DNA from: Fistulifera solaris
Lineage: Eukaryota
DNA: 64,000 nt
Assembly (NCBI GenBank): GCA_030295235.1
Contig: AP026169.1
Span: 124,001 to 188,000 of the forward strand
Reading direction: 5' to 3'
Program-made: the position numbers and the translations under genes
The notes under the pieces: generated by a model
The model's database searches: none
Told to the model about the DNA's origin: nothing
Seen by the model: the letters and a program-made list of their open reading frames with translations, nothing else
Shown here: positions 47,018 to 59,732 of the stretch, piece by piece
Position numbering within the stretch: position 1 is the first letter of the stretch
Layout: every line of letters starts with the position of its first letter

Positions 47018-49233
47018 ATGACGAGTATGAACAAGAGGAAACACGATACTACTATGCACCGCAACGAATCCATTTTACACTGTCAAGAACAAATTAGGAC
47101 GTTACGACACCAATTGCAACAACACAAACGGGCTTGGAAGCAGCATTATACTGAAACTTCCCTCCGAAGGATCGGAGGAGATGCGTGGTTGGATTTATCA
47201 ACGAAAGAACAAATCTCGAAATCGAATTTGTTACTCCTCTTGAAGAGAGAAAACGAAGCTTTGCCGTATCCCCTGTGCGGCAGTAACTTTTGGACGCAGC
47301 AATTGCCATCGCATTTACAAAATGATAAAGAATTATGGCTGGCACGCTTGAAACGACCGGAAATGTGTTGTCTCAGCGAACTTTGTGGCATCACGATACC
47401 CGAACTGTTGCTGCACGATCGTGAGGTGGTGACGGCGGCCGTTCGTGCTTGTCCCAAACTCTTGTTAGAATGGGAGACTCTTGCTGTGGCGGACTCTTTC
47501 TGGGACGATCGGCGCGTTTTTCAGGCTTTGTTAGACGCCAAAGGCCGTCGCGATCCTTATTTGCGACTCTTTTCCGTGACGTTGCGCAGTGACACGGAAC
47601 TCATGTTACAAGGGTTGCGGCAGGGCATTCGTGTGTTTGAAGTCCTGCCAAAAGCCTTGCGGAATTCCAAATCATTTGCGTTGCAAGCCGCTGCTATTCT
47701 ACAAACGTTGGGTCATAAATCGTACGGACCGAAATGTCTCAAAGCGTTTTCGCCCCGCTTAAAGGCCGATTTGGAGGTGGTACGAGCATTTTGTCAAGCC
47801 GATGGTACTTCACTGGCGTGTGCATCGTATACGGCACGTCGGAATCTTGGCATTGTGCGGACGGCGTGTTTACAAGAACCGACGGCTTTTGTGTATTGTG
47901 TCAAAGGAAGGACACGGACCAAGCTTAATCAGGATCCTACTTTTTGGTTGGACGTGCTGCAGCGCGCTCAAGTTCGGTGCGAGTGTTCTTTTACTGTCGT
48001 CAACGACAAGCTTGTGTTGGATCCACGCATTGCGTTATGGGATCGATTATGGGAGAATATGCCACAGAGCATTCGGACGAACCGTGAAATCGTCCTGCTC
48101 CTGCTCGAAAAAAGTCCCCTCGAGTAGTCGGTATCGGTCACTCCCTTTATCGGTCTGGTCGGAACCGTCCTTTTGTTGCAAGTCGCTGCAATGGGTCGAT
48201 TGCATTCATTGCCCGTGGTAGGCTGTATGGAGTTGGGTCTCTTGCCGCATCTGAATTTGGATTTTTGTTGTCAGCTGGTGTCGCACGAGTTCCTGTGTCC
48301 CCATGTCGTCCAAGCGATGATGCAACAGATCCCCGCGGCGGCGTCTCACCGGCGTTTCTGGGAATCTTGGAATCCGAGCCAAATGGAAGAAACCTTGGAA
48401 TACATTTGGGAGCAAATGCCCGAAAACATTTTGAACGATAAAGCAATTATGATGAAATTTGCAACATGCGAAGAAGCGGCGGAGCATTTGGCGCATATTA
48501 TTTTATGGGAACCCGAAGATCGAGATATTCTGGAGCAATTGTTGCGCACGTATCCTGAGGCCCTCGAGGAAGTTCCCAATCACATCCAAGAGCTCTATCC
48601 CGATTTAATGGCCCAGTGCATTGCGGATTTACCCGAGGATAGTTACCTTTTGGAGGGTCTTCATGATGTCATTTGCGAAGAATTGTGGGGTCATCGGGAG
48701 GTCGCACTTGCATGGATTCGCAAAGGCGGTGAAGATTTGTTCTTTTGGAGGATTATTTTGACGATGACGAAGAAATCTTTCTGGCGGTTGCCGAGCACAA
48801 CTGGGAAGATTTTACCATGGCTTCCGAGTCTTTGTTGGACGACAAGGATTTTTTGATTCAAGCAGTAAAAAAGAATGAGCGAATATGGACATTACTGGAG
48901 ACAGATATGAAAGAGGACTTTGATATTGCCTTGACCGCGTTTGCGGCACATCCGAATTTACCCTATTACGCCGCCGACGATGATTTTTCATTTCTGGTAG
49001 CCCTTGCTCGAAACGTTCGAAATCGACTAGAGATTCATGACTCGTTTGTCGAGCTGGTCCTTTGCTCCATGGACCTCCCTTCCTCGACCAGCATTTTTGC
49101 CACATTGAATCAAGGACGAGACACAACGCTGCAATACAAGAAAAGCATCGCCGAATATATCGGTTTGCCCATGGGAAACTATTTGGTGAAGCTAAAAGGC
49201 GCTTCAGAGCATCTAGCCATTTGGGGCTTTTAG
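47018..49233 (+). CDS. DUF4116-like helical repeat protein; two indels
   Basis: Repeated L..DREVV.AAV, LKADLEVVRAF and LLDDKDFLIQAV units across ORFs 46958, 48173 and 48745. Confidence 0.7.
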
Positions 49234-49487
49234 AAAATTTTTGGACTCGTGTAACAAAGAAAATGAATTGAATCACTTTTGTTTTTTTCTGTTCACTGAG
49301 GAGTACACTTAGAACCGGTGTGCTTAAATCACGTTTCGTAGTCTTTCGAACGCGTAGCGATGCAATGTCATTCGAATGCAATCAAGTCGTGCTTGTTCAT
49401 GCATCCCTGATTTACCTTTCCATTACCATGCACAAACGAATCATCTACTATAACCTTTCACAACCTTATGCTTGACTGAATCGGAAC

Positions 49488-51060
49488 ATGAAGCTGCCAT
49501 GGCTTTTCCTCGTTTCTCTGTTCATGGAGCCGGCTTGGACGTTTCAACCAGCCGGCAGGAAACGCTCCACCGCTCTATCGCTTTCCACGCGCACCGAAGA
49601 GACCGTACAAGCCTTGGAAAAGTTAATGAAACAACAAAAGGCCGAATTAGCGGAAACCGAAAAACTGTTGCAGGCCATTCGTTCGTCCGACGATAACGAG
49701 ATGATTCGTTCGACTGCGGCGTCGTTGGCGGCTGGCTTTGATTATGGTTTCAAAAGTCGGAGTGATGGCCCGGTGCTGAATCGAACTGTCGCAGCGTATG
49801 GAGGTCCTCCCGCGAATTTGTGGACGATTGGGACGACGCAGTTTTGGAGGAATTGGAATGCCATGAAGGGTGAATATGGAGACGAAGACGACGAGAGCGA
49901 TTTGACTCAACAGCAACGAGATTTTCGTGATGAATTAGAACAGTTGACGCTTAATTCGACCGAAATATGGGCCAAAGAGTTCGCTGATGGACCGATTGTG
50001 GCACCGTGGATCATCAAGATCCCTTATTTGGTCGTTTGTTACATGCTAGACGTTCTATTCGAGAAAGAATACGTGTTTGCGAGGTTCTTTTTACTCGAAA
50101 CTGTGGCTCGGATGCCTTACTTCTCCTACATTACCATGTTACATTTGTACGAGACCTTGGGTTTCTGGAGACGCAGTGCCGACATGAAGCGAGTACATTT
50201 TGCGGAAGAACTCAATGAGTTTCGACACTTACTCATCATGGAATCTTTGGGGGGAGATCAGAAATGGTGGGTGCGATTTCTGGCTCAGCATTCGGCAATT
50301 GTATACTACGTCGTTCTCTGCGTACTTTGGGCTGTATCCCCGTCACTCTCCTATCGATTTTCTGAGCTCTTGGAAACTCACGCGGTCAACACATATTCGA
50401 CTTTCCTAGAAGAAAATGAAGCCCGTCTCCGCCAGCTTCCTCCATCGATGGCTGCTGTCGAGTACTACGCTTTTGGTTCTTCGGATAGCTTTTACGCCGA
50501 GTTTCAAACATCTGCCCTGGTGGAAGGGGGGTGAGGTAAGAGTCTGGAGGCAGTGTCTAGTACCTTCTTCTATGAACCTCTGCTCACACTATTGTTCATA
50601 GATTCGTAGACCAGGTTCGCAGATAAGATCCTTATACGATGTCTTTCACACAATCCGCGACGACGAGTCCGATCACGCCAGTACAATGGCTTCTTGCTTA
50701 AATCCGGATTCGAATCTTAGGTCTCTGTCCATCGAAAAGAAGTTTCTGACGTCCATGGTTGTATTAGGAGCGTCCTCCTTGCTCCTCTACGCGAACGAGC
50801 TGAACAGTGTCTCAGAAACGGCAGACATTGCGGCCGATATGGCGACCGACGCGGCCACGGCTGGCGGTGACTCGATGTTCTTGGATGCAGCGGCGGCAGG
50901 CGCCATGGGCATGATGCAAAAACTGATGGGAGAAGAGAGTGAAGAACTAACTTTAGCAGCAGGTCGTGCCGAAGGAGCTGGAACCTTGGTGCAAGCTATT
51001 GTTAGAGGTACTGTGGAAGTTCTCGAAACAGTCGGACGCTTTTTTATATCTTTCCTATAA
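49488..51060 (+). CDS. PTOX: Plastid terminal oxidase-like di-iron protein (AOX/PTOX family) with a plastid-targeting presequence
   Basis: Signal ...[38 protein letters not shown]; after intron 50536-50601, IRDDESDH. Extra G near 50530. Confidence 0.88.
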
Positions 51061-51281
51061 AGGAGATTTGCAATCGACGAAAACCATGATGTAGTGATTG
51101 AGAAAGTAGTGCTAGATTCCTGCTCACATTTGAAATTTCTAGACAGTTTTGTAGTTTCACTTGTGGTTTGATTTAGAACCTATTTCAAATATTTGTTTGG
51201 TACAAAACTTGTCCACAGAATTACAACGTAAACACGAAAGGATCGCGGAAGGGGTGCAAACACACTATATTATTGATTGGT

Positions 51282-51715
51282 TTAAAGAATAGAACCAGCA
51301 TTGGCAGCAATACGGGGCCACAATTCGGCACACTCCTTGGCAACAGGTCCTGACACAGCAGATCCCTTCATTTCTCCCTTATTGTTGACAATAACACCGG
51401 CACTGTCCTCAAAGTGAATGAACACACCTTCCTTTCGGCGAAAGGCCTTGCGTTGTCGCACAACAATGGCGGGCATAACTTTCTTACGCAATTCCGGCTT
51501 TCCTTTTTCACAGAGCACATGACCATATCACCCGAACCGGCCTTGGGAAGACGATTCAAACGTCCACCAATGTTGCATACGGCAATAATGTGCAAGTTCT
51601 TGGCGCCCGTGTTGTCGGCGCAGTTCATGACAGCCGCATTGGGGAGACCAGCTGTTACTCTGTGCTTAATTCCGGAAGCAATCGCTCGCCCACGTGCAGC
51701 TCCTTTTTCACCCAT
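51282..51715 (-). CDS. RPL23: 60S ribosomal protein uL14 (L23e)
   Basis: [25 protein letters not shown] and [15 protein letters not shown]; 1-nt deletion near 51505; probable 5'-UTR intron 51893-51733. Confidence 0.95.
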
Positions 51716-52487
51716 TTTGTATTTGTTTTTCACTGTTGGAAATAAAATCCGCGAACGAAAGAGAAACGATGGGAAATTGTGAGCCGCTGTGATTTCAATT
51801 CAGTTCGAAAGGACACGAAATAATCTGCTACACTAATTAATGCAAACTTGTTGTTTCCAACAACAGGTTTTGCAATCGATGAAATGAACTTACATTATTT
51901 CTTTGATTGATAAATTTACAACGACCTCAATAGCAACACCATGTTGATGCTTCGTTCGAGTTGGTTTAGTAAGTCGGTAACTCAATATCGGGTGAAGACA
52001 GACGCCGTGGCGCGCGGCGTGCGCGGGCGAGATCAAGTCCCGATCGATACTTCTGGGAACGGCGTTAAAATTCTGCCTCGTCGTAGACGCAACGTAGAAT
52101 CTTGTACTGGGAGGCAGAATTTTAACGTCCTTCCCTGACTCTCGACTAACCGCTGGCCCGCGCCAACTGCCAACGGACAAATATGGGGTCATTTGTCATT
52201 ATTATTATTATTTGTTAGTCCTTTTCATTCGTTGAGATGAAAAGTTCCACGTGTACCCAATAACTCTGACAAATTGAATGGCGAAATTCTTCGACTAGTG
52301 GCGGAGGGATGCAAGACTTCCTCGTGTAAGTAGAAAAGACTACATGTTGCACGATACACCAGACAGATCAGCGCAAGGATTCCGCATCATCCTTTCGGCG
52401 AACAAAAACACCCTCGGCATTGCCTCGTCTGATTGCATTCTTGTGCATCTCCTTTAAAATCAAAAACCTACAATAATAAAAATAAAC

Positions 52488-53753
52488 ATGAAGTTTTCGC
52501 AAGCTTTCCTTTGCTTAGTCGCTGTCGTTCCTGCGGCTGCGGATGTATTCATCAAAGAACAGTTCAACGATGAGGTAAGTCGTCGTCGTTTTCGTCGCTT
52601 CAGGCAACGTGAAGGACCAACCAATCTCACTCACACTCTTTCAAAAAGGCATGGAAGGAGCGATGGACCGTTCCGAGCAGTTGGAAATCGAAAAGTGAGC
52701 TCGGAGAATGGAAACACACGGCCGGAGCATACTTTGCGGACGAAAACGACAAGGGAATTCAAACGTCCGAAAATCACCGCTTCTACGGTCTTTCCGCCAA
52801 GATGGACAAGCCGTTCGTCTCGGGAGACAAAGAGCTGGTCATTCAATATTCCGTTCGACACGAACAAAAGTTGGATTGCGGAGGCGCTTACATCAAGTTG
52901 CTTCCCGGCGGTGATGCCTTTGATGCGGACAAATTTGGCGGCGATACGCCGTATGCGGTCATGTTTGGTCCGGATATTTGCGGATCCGCCAACAAGAGAA
53001 CGCACGTCATTTTGAATTATCCTGCTAAAAATGAGAACTTGTTGATTAACAAAGAGATTCCGCCGGAAAAGGATAATCTCTCTCACTTGTACACTCTCGT
53101 GATTCGTCCCGACAATACCTTTGAAGTTTTCGTCGACAACAAGTCGGTCCGTTCGGGGAAATTGGAAGACGAATTCGATTTCTTGGAACCCAAGCAAATC
53201 AAGGACCCTGATGCCAAAAAAGCCGGCGGATTGGGTAGATACCAAGAAAATCCCCGACCCCGAGGATAAGAAACCGGAAGGTTACGACGACATTCCCAAG
53301 GAAATTCCTGATCCGGAAGCCACCAAGCCGGAAGACTGGAGCGACGAAGACGACGGTCAGTGGGAGCCCCCGATGATTAAAAACCCCGAATACAAGGGAG
53401 AATGGAAGCCAAAGATGATTGACAATCCTGAATACAAGGGCAAGTGGGAGCATCCCATGATTGACAACCCCGACTACAAGTACGACCCCGATATGTACAA
53501 GGTATGCAAAGATGGTTGCACGCATGTTGGTTTCGAATTGTGGCAAGTGACAGCCGGTACCATGTTTGATGATATCCTTGTCACCGACAGTCTCGAAGAA
53601 GCTCAAAAATTCGGTGAAGAGACTTTCTTCAAGAAGAAGGATGCCGAGAAGGCGAGTTACGACAAGTTCAAAGAGGAGGAAAAGAAGAAGGAGGCGGACG
53701 AGGAACCAGAAATCGATCTTTCGGAATTCGACGGAATGGGCGATGAATTCTAA
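52488..53753 (+). CDS. CALR: Calreticulin
   Basis: Signal peptide, KLDCGGAYIKL, MFGPDICG, P-domain repeats (IPDPE..KPEDW, GEWKPKMIDNP) and an acidic tail ending GDEF. Intron 52575-52648; extra A near 53220. Confidence 0.95.
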
Positions 53754-53881
53754 GAACTTGAAAACATTTCTCCCCTTTCATCGGCAATCACGTTGTAGTC
53801 CTGCCTTTTGATTTAATAGCGCAATTACACACTTGTACTCTTCTATGTAATTTTAGAAAAAAGTAGAAAATGTGATGGTAT

Positions 53882-55411
53882 TTAAGATCTCGTTATTGGC
53901 GGAGGAACCAGCAAACGACCTCGTCGCGATGCGGTTCGACCCAGTTCTCGTTCAGATTCTTCTAAACCGTAACGACGGGCAATAGCCCCAAACCAACTAA
54001 CCGTTTCCAGAACAATGTTGTTCACACCCACAACGGCAAAGAGAGGTTTTCGATCCACGTGTTCATTCGATTCGGTCGGCGAAAATCGAGACAATGCTTG
54101 TGACCCCGCTCCATCGATGCGGACTTTCCCCGACTGTCGATCAAATCGACTGTCTGGTTCAGCACTCTTATTCTCCACCACCGCTGTCACATACTCCAAT
54201 GTATTTGCTGCAAAAGTGTTGTCGATTTTTTTCGAAAATGCGGGCGACAATAACTGAATTTTCGTTGCTGTCGAGTATTCACTCTGCACTTTGCCTTGGT
54301 TGTCGCATAACTGTTTCAAAATTTTACCAATCATTTCGTCGTCATCTTCTTCAGCCAACAGACTTCCTGTTTCCAGTAACGTTTCTTTGGCTTGGGAAAA
54401 TGAAAGCAATCGAAGATCCGCCACGACTTTGCGATCTACAGTGATGGCAACATGACCACAATCGGCCGTCACGAGGCTGACACTCCCCGCCGACAGACTG
54501 TCAATGTGTACCTGACAGGAAACCCAGTTGCTGTCGCTATAGGACGACGATTTTTGTATTGATACTTCGCACTGCCCATTGACTCCTCCCAATTCAACGA
54601 GAGGAAATTGTGTCTGAGTAAATTCATTTTGTTCGGTGGGCCGGGGTTGACCATTTGCTTCAATCAGAACGGGCCCGTGATTGGATTTGATTCGTACTGC
54701 TCGATGGAAAAGAGTACGACGAGGATGCACTCGGATAGAAGCTCCACTTCCAGCATCATTGCCTGTCGAAATGAACAATGCACTGATATCAACGAGTGAT
54801 TCTTCATCGTCCGGATCGTCGACGGTGTGCTGGCTGGGCAAATCACTATCGTAAACTTGAATGTCGGCCTGTGAACAATGGACTTGTTTGGCACGGAATC
54901 GACCCGTAGATTCGACGCGGAAACGAGCCGCTTCGACCAAATCCTCCACAGTAATATGATGTGCTTTCAAATCAATGTCGTGCCCACGTAGTTTCTTTGC
55001 ACGTATCGCTCCATCGGTGTGCAATACCACATCTCCTTCGATTTTTCCGGGAATCGAAATGGAACTCCCTTGAGCAAACAAGCTGCAATTGAGATTGATT
55101 TTTTCGGGTAGTTGGACGGTGATTTGTGGTAAGGAGGTGTTGGTCGGAGGGATTGTCGACAAGGGGGTGAATGGCTCGACATTGACCGATATATGAGGGG
55201 CTATTCTTCCTAATGATGTTTGTAACTCTGTTTCACAAACGTCTAAGCGGATGTTAATGTCTTCGAAATAAGAGAGGATACCATCATCTCTCCATTCGGG
55301 TTGAAAGACGACCGAACAGGGCACCTGGGAACGAAAGGTAATAGTCGACCCTTGTGAAAGTTGCGTTATGGCTTTACGTATCAATTGTCGTGCGATAGCG
55401 GTGCTCGTCAT
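53882..55411 (-). CDS. Hypothetical protein with beta-strand repeats (DUF4097/FAM185A-like), possibly mitochondrial
   Basis: 509-aa intact ORF; GKIEGDVVLHTDGAIRAKKLRGHDIDL pattern; Arg-containing N-terminus without acidic residues. Confidence 0.6.
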   Translation of the reverse strand: MTSTAIARQLIRKAITQLSQGSTITFRSQVPCSVVFQPEWRDDGILSYFEDINIRLDVCETELQTSLGRIAPHISVNVEPFTPLSTIPPTNTSLPQITVQLPEKINLNCSLFAQGSSISIPGKIEGDVVLHTDGAIRAKKLRGHDIDLKAHHITVEDLVEAARFRVESTGRFRAKQVHCSQADIQVYDSDLPSQHTVDDPDDEESLVDISALFISTGNDAGSGASIRVHPRRTLFHRAVRIKSNHGPVLIEANGQPRPTEQNEFTQTQFPLVELGGVNGQCEVSIQKSSSYSDSNWVSCQVHIDSLSAGSVSLVTADCGHVAITVDRKVVADLRLLSFSQAKETLLETGSLLAEEDDDEMIGKILKQLCDNQGKVQSEYSTATKIQLLSPAFSKKIDNTFAANTLEYVTAVVENKSAEPDSRFDRQSGKVRIDGAGSQALSRFSPTESNEHVDRKPLFAVVGVNNIVLETVSWFGAIARRYGLEESERELGRTASRRGRLLVPPPITRS

Positions 55412-55847
55412 GATGAAGCTTTGTTCGACGTTTTAAGTTTCTTTCTCCGTTTATTGGATCAAAAGGAGAGCAACGTCACAATAGCTGGAACGACGCATAG
55501 CAACGAAATAATGAGCTGGATAAAAAATGGACCATTGTGGTCAATAAGTTGCGGGTGTCGAAAAGCCAGGATATTTACCTGACATTACCAGATCCTACAT
55601 CTAAACAGTACACTCTAGCGAGTACTCTCTTACTATCTCTCGTGAGGAGTCTTAGGTGGAAAGAGCAATTTTCGTGGTCAATGAGTTGGTGGTGCTGAAA
55701 TGTCAGGACCTACCCCCGTTTAACGTGAAACATCGTTGTAATTTAAATCACATCATTGGTTTCTTTCAATAATTTGTACTGATACCGTAGCTGGTATTGC
55801 TTTGCTACAAGGCTCGAACCGCTCTCAGCGAATGGCAAAGACACAAA

Positions 55848-56994
55848 ATGTGTCCTCGTCGACGACGAAAGATCGCGCATCTATTTTTCGCGACGATTGT
55901 AGTATATTATTGTCAAGAGATAGCAGCGTTCCCCACAAAGTTCCCTCCCGTACCCGAATTGAGACAACATCGCGGCTGGCAATGGAGCGCTGCACTGTGT
56001 CAGTCACTTGGTGACGGAGACGGTAATCTCGACGACGACGACAACAACAACAACAAGGATACTCCACAAGTCGTCTTAAAGCAAGCTGCTTCCCAGCTTA
56101 CGTCGAATTTCCAGCGATCATTACTCTTTTCCATTGGCATGACACTGGCGGGGGCCACTTTGGGTCCCTTTCTGGATACCTATCACTCGGCATTTGGAGT
56201 TTTGCACTACGAACATCCCATTACGGCGGCCTTGTGGTCCTCTGCCGAAGAACATCCAGCACTCATTACCGCTTGGTGGGTTCCGGAATTGTTTGGGTTG
56301 GCGGGCTTTTTGATTGGTTGGCTGTACATCGCATTGGATGCGGGATTGTCTCCGTCATCGATACGTCCTTCGGTGCCAAAAAATACTAGGGGGAATCTCA
56401 TTATTCACATTCCAGTACTGGTTCTCCGGAGTCCTTGTGGCAATGGGAGTGGATCGTGTGACGATATTGAATATCATGTCCACCATGGCAGCAATGGGCT
56501 TTGTCGCATTGGATGGTACTCTAGCGGGCCTGGTGACCAGCACGGCCACTGCGCTCGGCGGACCTTTGATTGAAATCTGTTTGCTTTCCTTGTCGCAAGC
56601 GGGCATGCTGGGAGAAAATGGCTATGCCTACACCGATCTGGGTGAAACGGGCTTTTTCCCTCTTTGGATCTGTCCCGTTTACTTTTTGGGTGGACCAGCA
56701 AATGGTAATTTAGCACGCGGGCTTTGGAACGCCATTTCGGATCGCTTGGGAATTCCCGCCGAAGTACCGTCCAGCACTGTAGTTGACTGTAAGGTCTGCC
56801 GAAATACTCGCACAGTTCCTTGTCCAAATTGCGATGGAACAGGTGACTACATCGCGATGGGTGGCCGCAGAATATCGTGTACTGCGTGTCGCGGTAGAGG
56901 CTTTGTCATTTGCCGAGATTGTTTTACCACGTACGGCGATGACCCCTACGACATTGAAGCTATCCGGGAGAAAATGTCCCGAATGCCGGACTAG
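55848..56994 (+). CDS. Probable plastid membrane protein: INSIG-like TM domain with a C-terminal DnaJ-type CxxCxGxG zinc finger
   Basis: IAA-FPT presequence; GATLGPFLD..H and TAWWVPELFG; CKVC, CPNCDGTG, CTACRGRG and CRDC; indel near 56380. Confidence 0.7.
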
Positions 56995-57158
56995 AGGCAA
57001 TCAGTTGAGTCTCAAAAGTATGCTATTACTCTAAATTCAACTTTATTTTACAGAGAGTGATTTACATGTATGTAGAACTGAGCTTGTTCTCGTAGGGAAC
57101 ATGTAAGTTGATTGACTCGTTAAGAAGTACGATTAGCGGTTTCTGTAGAAAAAAGATC

Positions 57159-57928
57159 TTATAAGCCTGTGTCGTTCCATGATGTAGAAGTAGAGGAATT
57201 CTGCTGCGTGTCAGAATTGTGTTGAAGCTGCCTGCCGTCAACACCTTGTTGCATTTGTTGGAGGAGCGTTCCAAACTGGTTGGACGGATCTTGAGCAAGC
57301 TCTTGTGGTACGGGTGCCATGTTGTTGATGTTTTGGGTCTCGCCGACTTGCTGGTTGCCTTCGTACACGGGAGCGGTGGAGGTCATGCCCCGAGGTACAA
57401 TATCGATCAAGAAATCAAAGGTTTCATCTTCCCCGACCGCCGCATGAATGTCGGCCCGTTGCAAGGTTCGACGTCGGCTTCTCTCGGTATGCTGCCAAGC
57501 ACGAATTGTGAGCTCTTTGATCATGAGTTCGCAAGCCTTGGTCACTAAAACTGGGGCTTCCTGAGAAATCATGAATTTCATTTTTGTCGATCTCTTTCCG
57601 ACGGTGCCCCAGGATTCGCTTGTCTGTGGCGTTCTCGTTCCAACTCTTGTGCAATAAAGTCTTCGCTTTTCATGATTTTCTTAATTCTTGCTAGCGGGAG
57701 CGACAAATTCTTCCAGTTTTCGGTTTCTTGAGAATCGCGGGGAGGGACGAGATGAAATGCGTGAGAGTGAGAATACTATATTTACTTTTTTTATCGCAAT
57801 CGAAACAGCATGTTTGACTTACTTGGGTCAATTTGATTGATCTCACGTACAGCAGTATTCCACACATCATCCAAAGTCACTTCATTTTCGATCTGGGAAG
57901 CTACGCTATTTTCATCATTTTCGTTCAT
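57159..57928 (-). CDS. NFYC: CCAAT-binding factor subunit NF-YC (histone fold)
   Basis: [14 protein letters not shown] in exon 2 after intron 57822-57727; [26 protein letters not shown]...RRTLQRADI...[10 protein letters not shown]; indel near 57585. Confidence 0.92.
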
Positions 57929-58515
57929 CTCTTCTCGAGTTTTGATTCGCTTTGCTGACGTTTTATTCTAACTCTAATTCTATACCTCTCATTAACCACT
58001 TAAAGCCTTAGTCCCTCGGCCGTTGCTTCTTAAACGCCAAGGGAGCGATCAGTATGTCGATTTCACTTGACGCTTCAATGATGATGGATGACAGAGGTTG
58101 ATGACTGATTGGATGATGTTGATGTCGTTGGGCGATAAAACGGAGAGGTGGTATGTTTCGTACGGCCCCCTGCCGACAGCTATCAATGACCATGTGTTTC
58201 GGACTTGCGCGCATTGACGCACGAATTACAACTTGACGTTTCTTGTTCTGTAAATCAGCCGTTGGCTTCAGAAAGACATAGAAACATCATATACCGCTAC
58301 GAAGTTGGGTTTCTGTTCCATGACGAAACGCGTGAAAGAAAATAGAAAATGCCTATACGTACGTAGTATGTACAGTCCCGCCAGCTATCAATTGTGAAAA
58401 CCGAGTAAGTTACGGTGAATCATCAATCATCACCCATCATCAACATTATTCATCGTCATCGTGGTGTGACTTCAGATTACCGATCAGCTTTGCGCCTTTG
58501 TCTAACATCCGAACT

Positions 58516-59732
58516 TTAAAAGTTCGAAAGAGTTTTAGCCATGGCTTCGGCGATGTAATCAATGTCGTCTATGGCGACCCCTAGATGTGTAACTACACGA
58601 AACAATTTTCCGCCTGATGAGTATCCGCCTGTTATCTTGATGCCATGTTCCTGTTCGAGTCGCTCACAGTATTTATTTTGCGAATATAAAGTATTATCTG
58701 GTAAGGAAAAGAAGAATATGTTTGTTTCCACTTCCCGAGAGATTTGAAACCCATAGCTTTCGAGTTTTGCCGCTAGCTGCATCGCAAAGTAATGATCCAC
58801 TGATAATCGCTCAACATTGTTTTCAAGGGCATATAGACCCATTGATGCAGCAAGTCCAGCCTGTCTCATCCCGCCGCCGCACCGCTTCCTAGCCCGTTTT
58901 GCCAGTCGAATGAATTCTGTACCTCCAACCAGGACGCTCCCCAAAGGAGCTCCAAGTCCCTGGAGAGACAAAGGGAGACGCTGTCGGCACCAGCACAGAG
59001 CATGGCCATGGATACGCCCTGGGCAACGGCTGCATTCGCCAATCGAGCTCCTGAATCATCAAGCAATGAGTTTCACGTTATGTCCTCTCGAAAAATGTAT
59101 TAGAACTCAATGTACCTACCATCGACATGTAATTTCAGTCCCAGTTCACGACAGATCGAACACATATTTGTCATGTAATCGACAGGCAAGGCTATCCCGC
59201 CTAGCATATTGTGGGTATTTTCTAAACAGAGAAGGACCGTTTTGGAGCAATGGTCGTCACTGTCATCTCGGTAAATGTCGCGAATATCCCCTTCCGAAAT
59301 GTGAGCTGTTTCCCTATCCTCAGGTAGCTGGCGTGTGTGAATACCTCCCACAATGGCGGCATTCCCACCTTCCCATAAGCTTATGTGTGACTGTGCACCG
59401 ATCATAACTTCTGCTGCTCGATCGTACTGGCAGTGCGAAATGAGAGCCACCAGATTCGCCATGGTTCCGGTAGGAAGGAAGAGACCGGCCTCGAAGCCTA
59501 GCATGTCTGCCACACATTGCTGTAATTTCTGAACGGTTGGATCCTCTCCCATCACATCGTCACCGAGCGGCGCGTTTAATGAGCATTTGATCATTTCCGG
59601 AGAAGGTAAAGTCACCGTATCACTCCGCAAATCAATAATGCGGCGAGAAGACGATTGTGTTCGACGACGGCAAAGCGGCTTGCGGCGCAGCTGCTGCACA
59701 ACATTAACCTGCAAGGATCTGGTAGTATTCAT
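58516..59732 (-). CDS. GLY1: Low-specificity L-threonine aldolase (PLP-dependent)
   Basis: IDLRSDTVT, GDDVMGEDPT, PTGTMANL, CLENTHN, LHVDG|ARL (intron 59119-59051) and GGGMRQAG; indel at the SLCLSKGLG motif. Confidence 0.93.

Noticed and set aside
4449..51060. Iron/redox gene cluster (VIT1, Grx3, Rieske, GLDH, PTOX)
   Set aside because: The genes are dispersed among unrelated housekeeping genes and no shared regulatory motif was seen.
867..59000. Genome-wide programmed frameshifting or mass pseudogenisation
   Set aside because: Shifts go in both directions, lack a common slippery-site/stop motif, sit in homopolymers and hit essential genes; assembly error is the simpler explanation.
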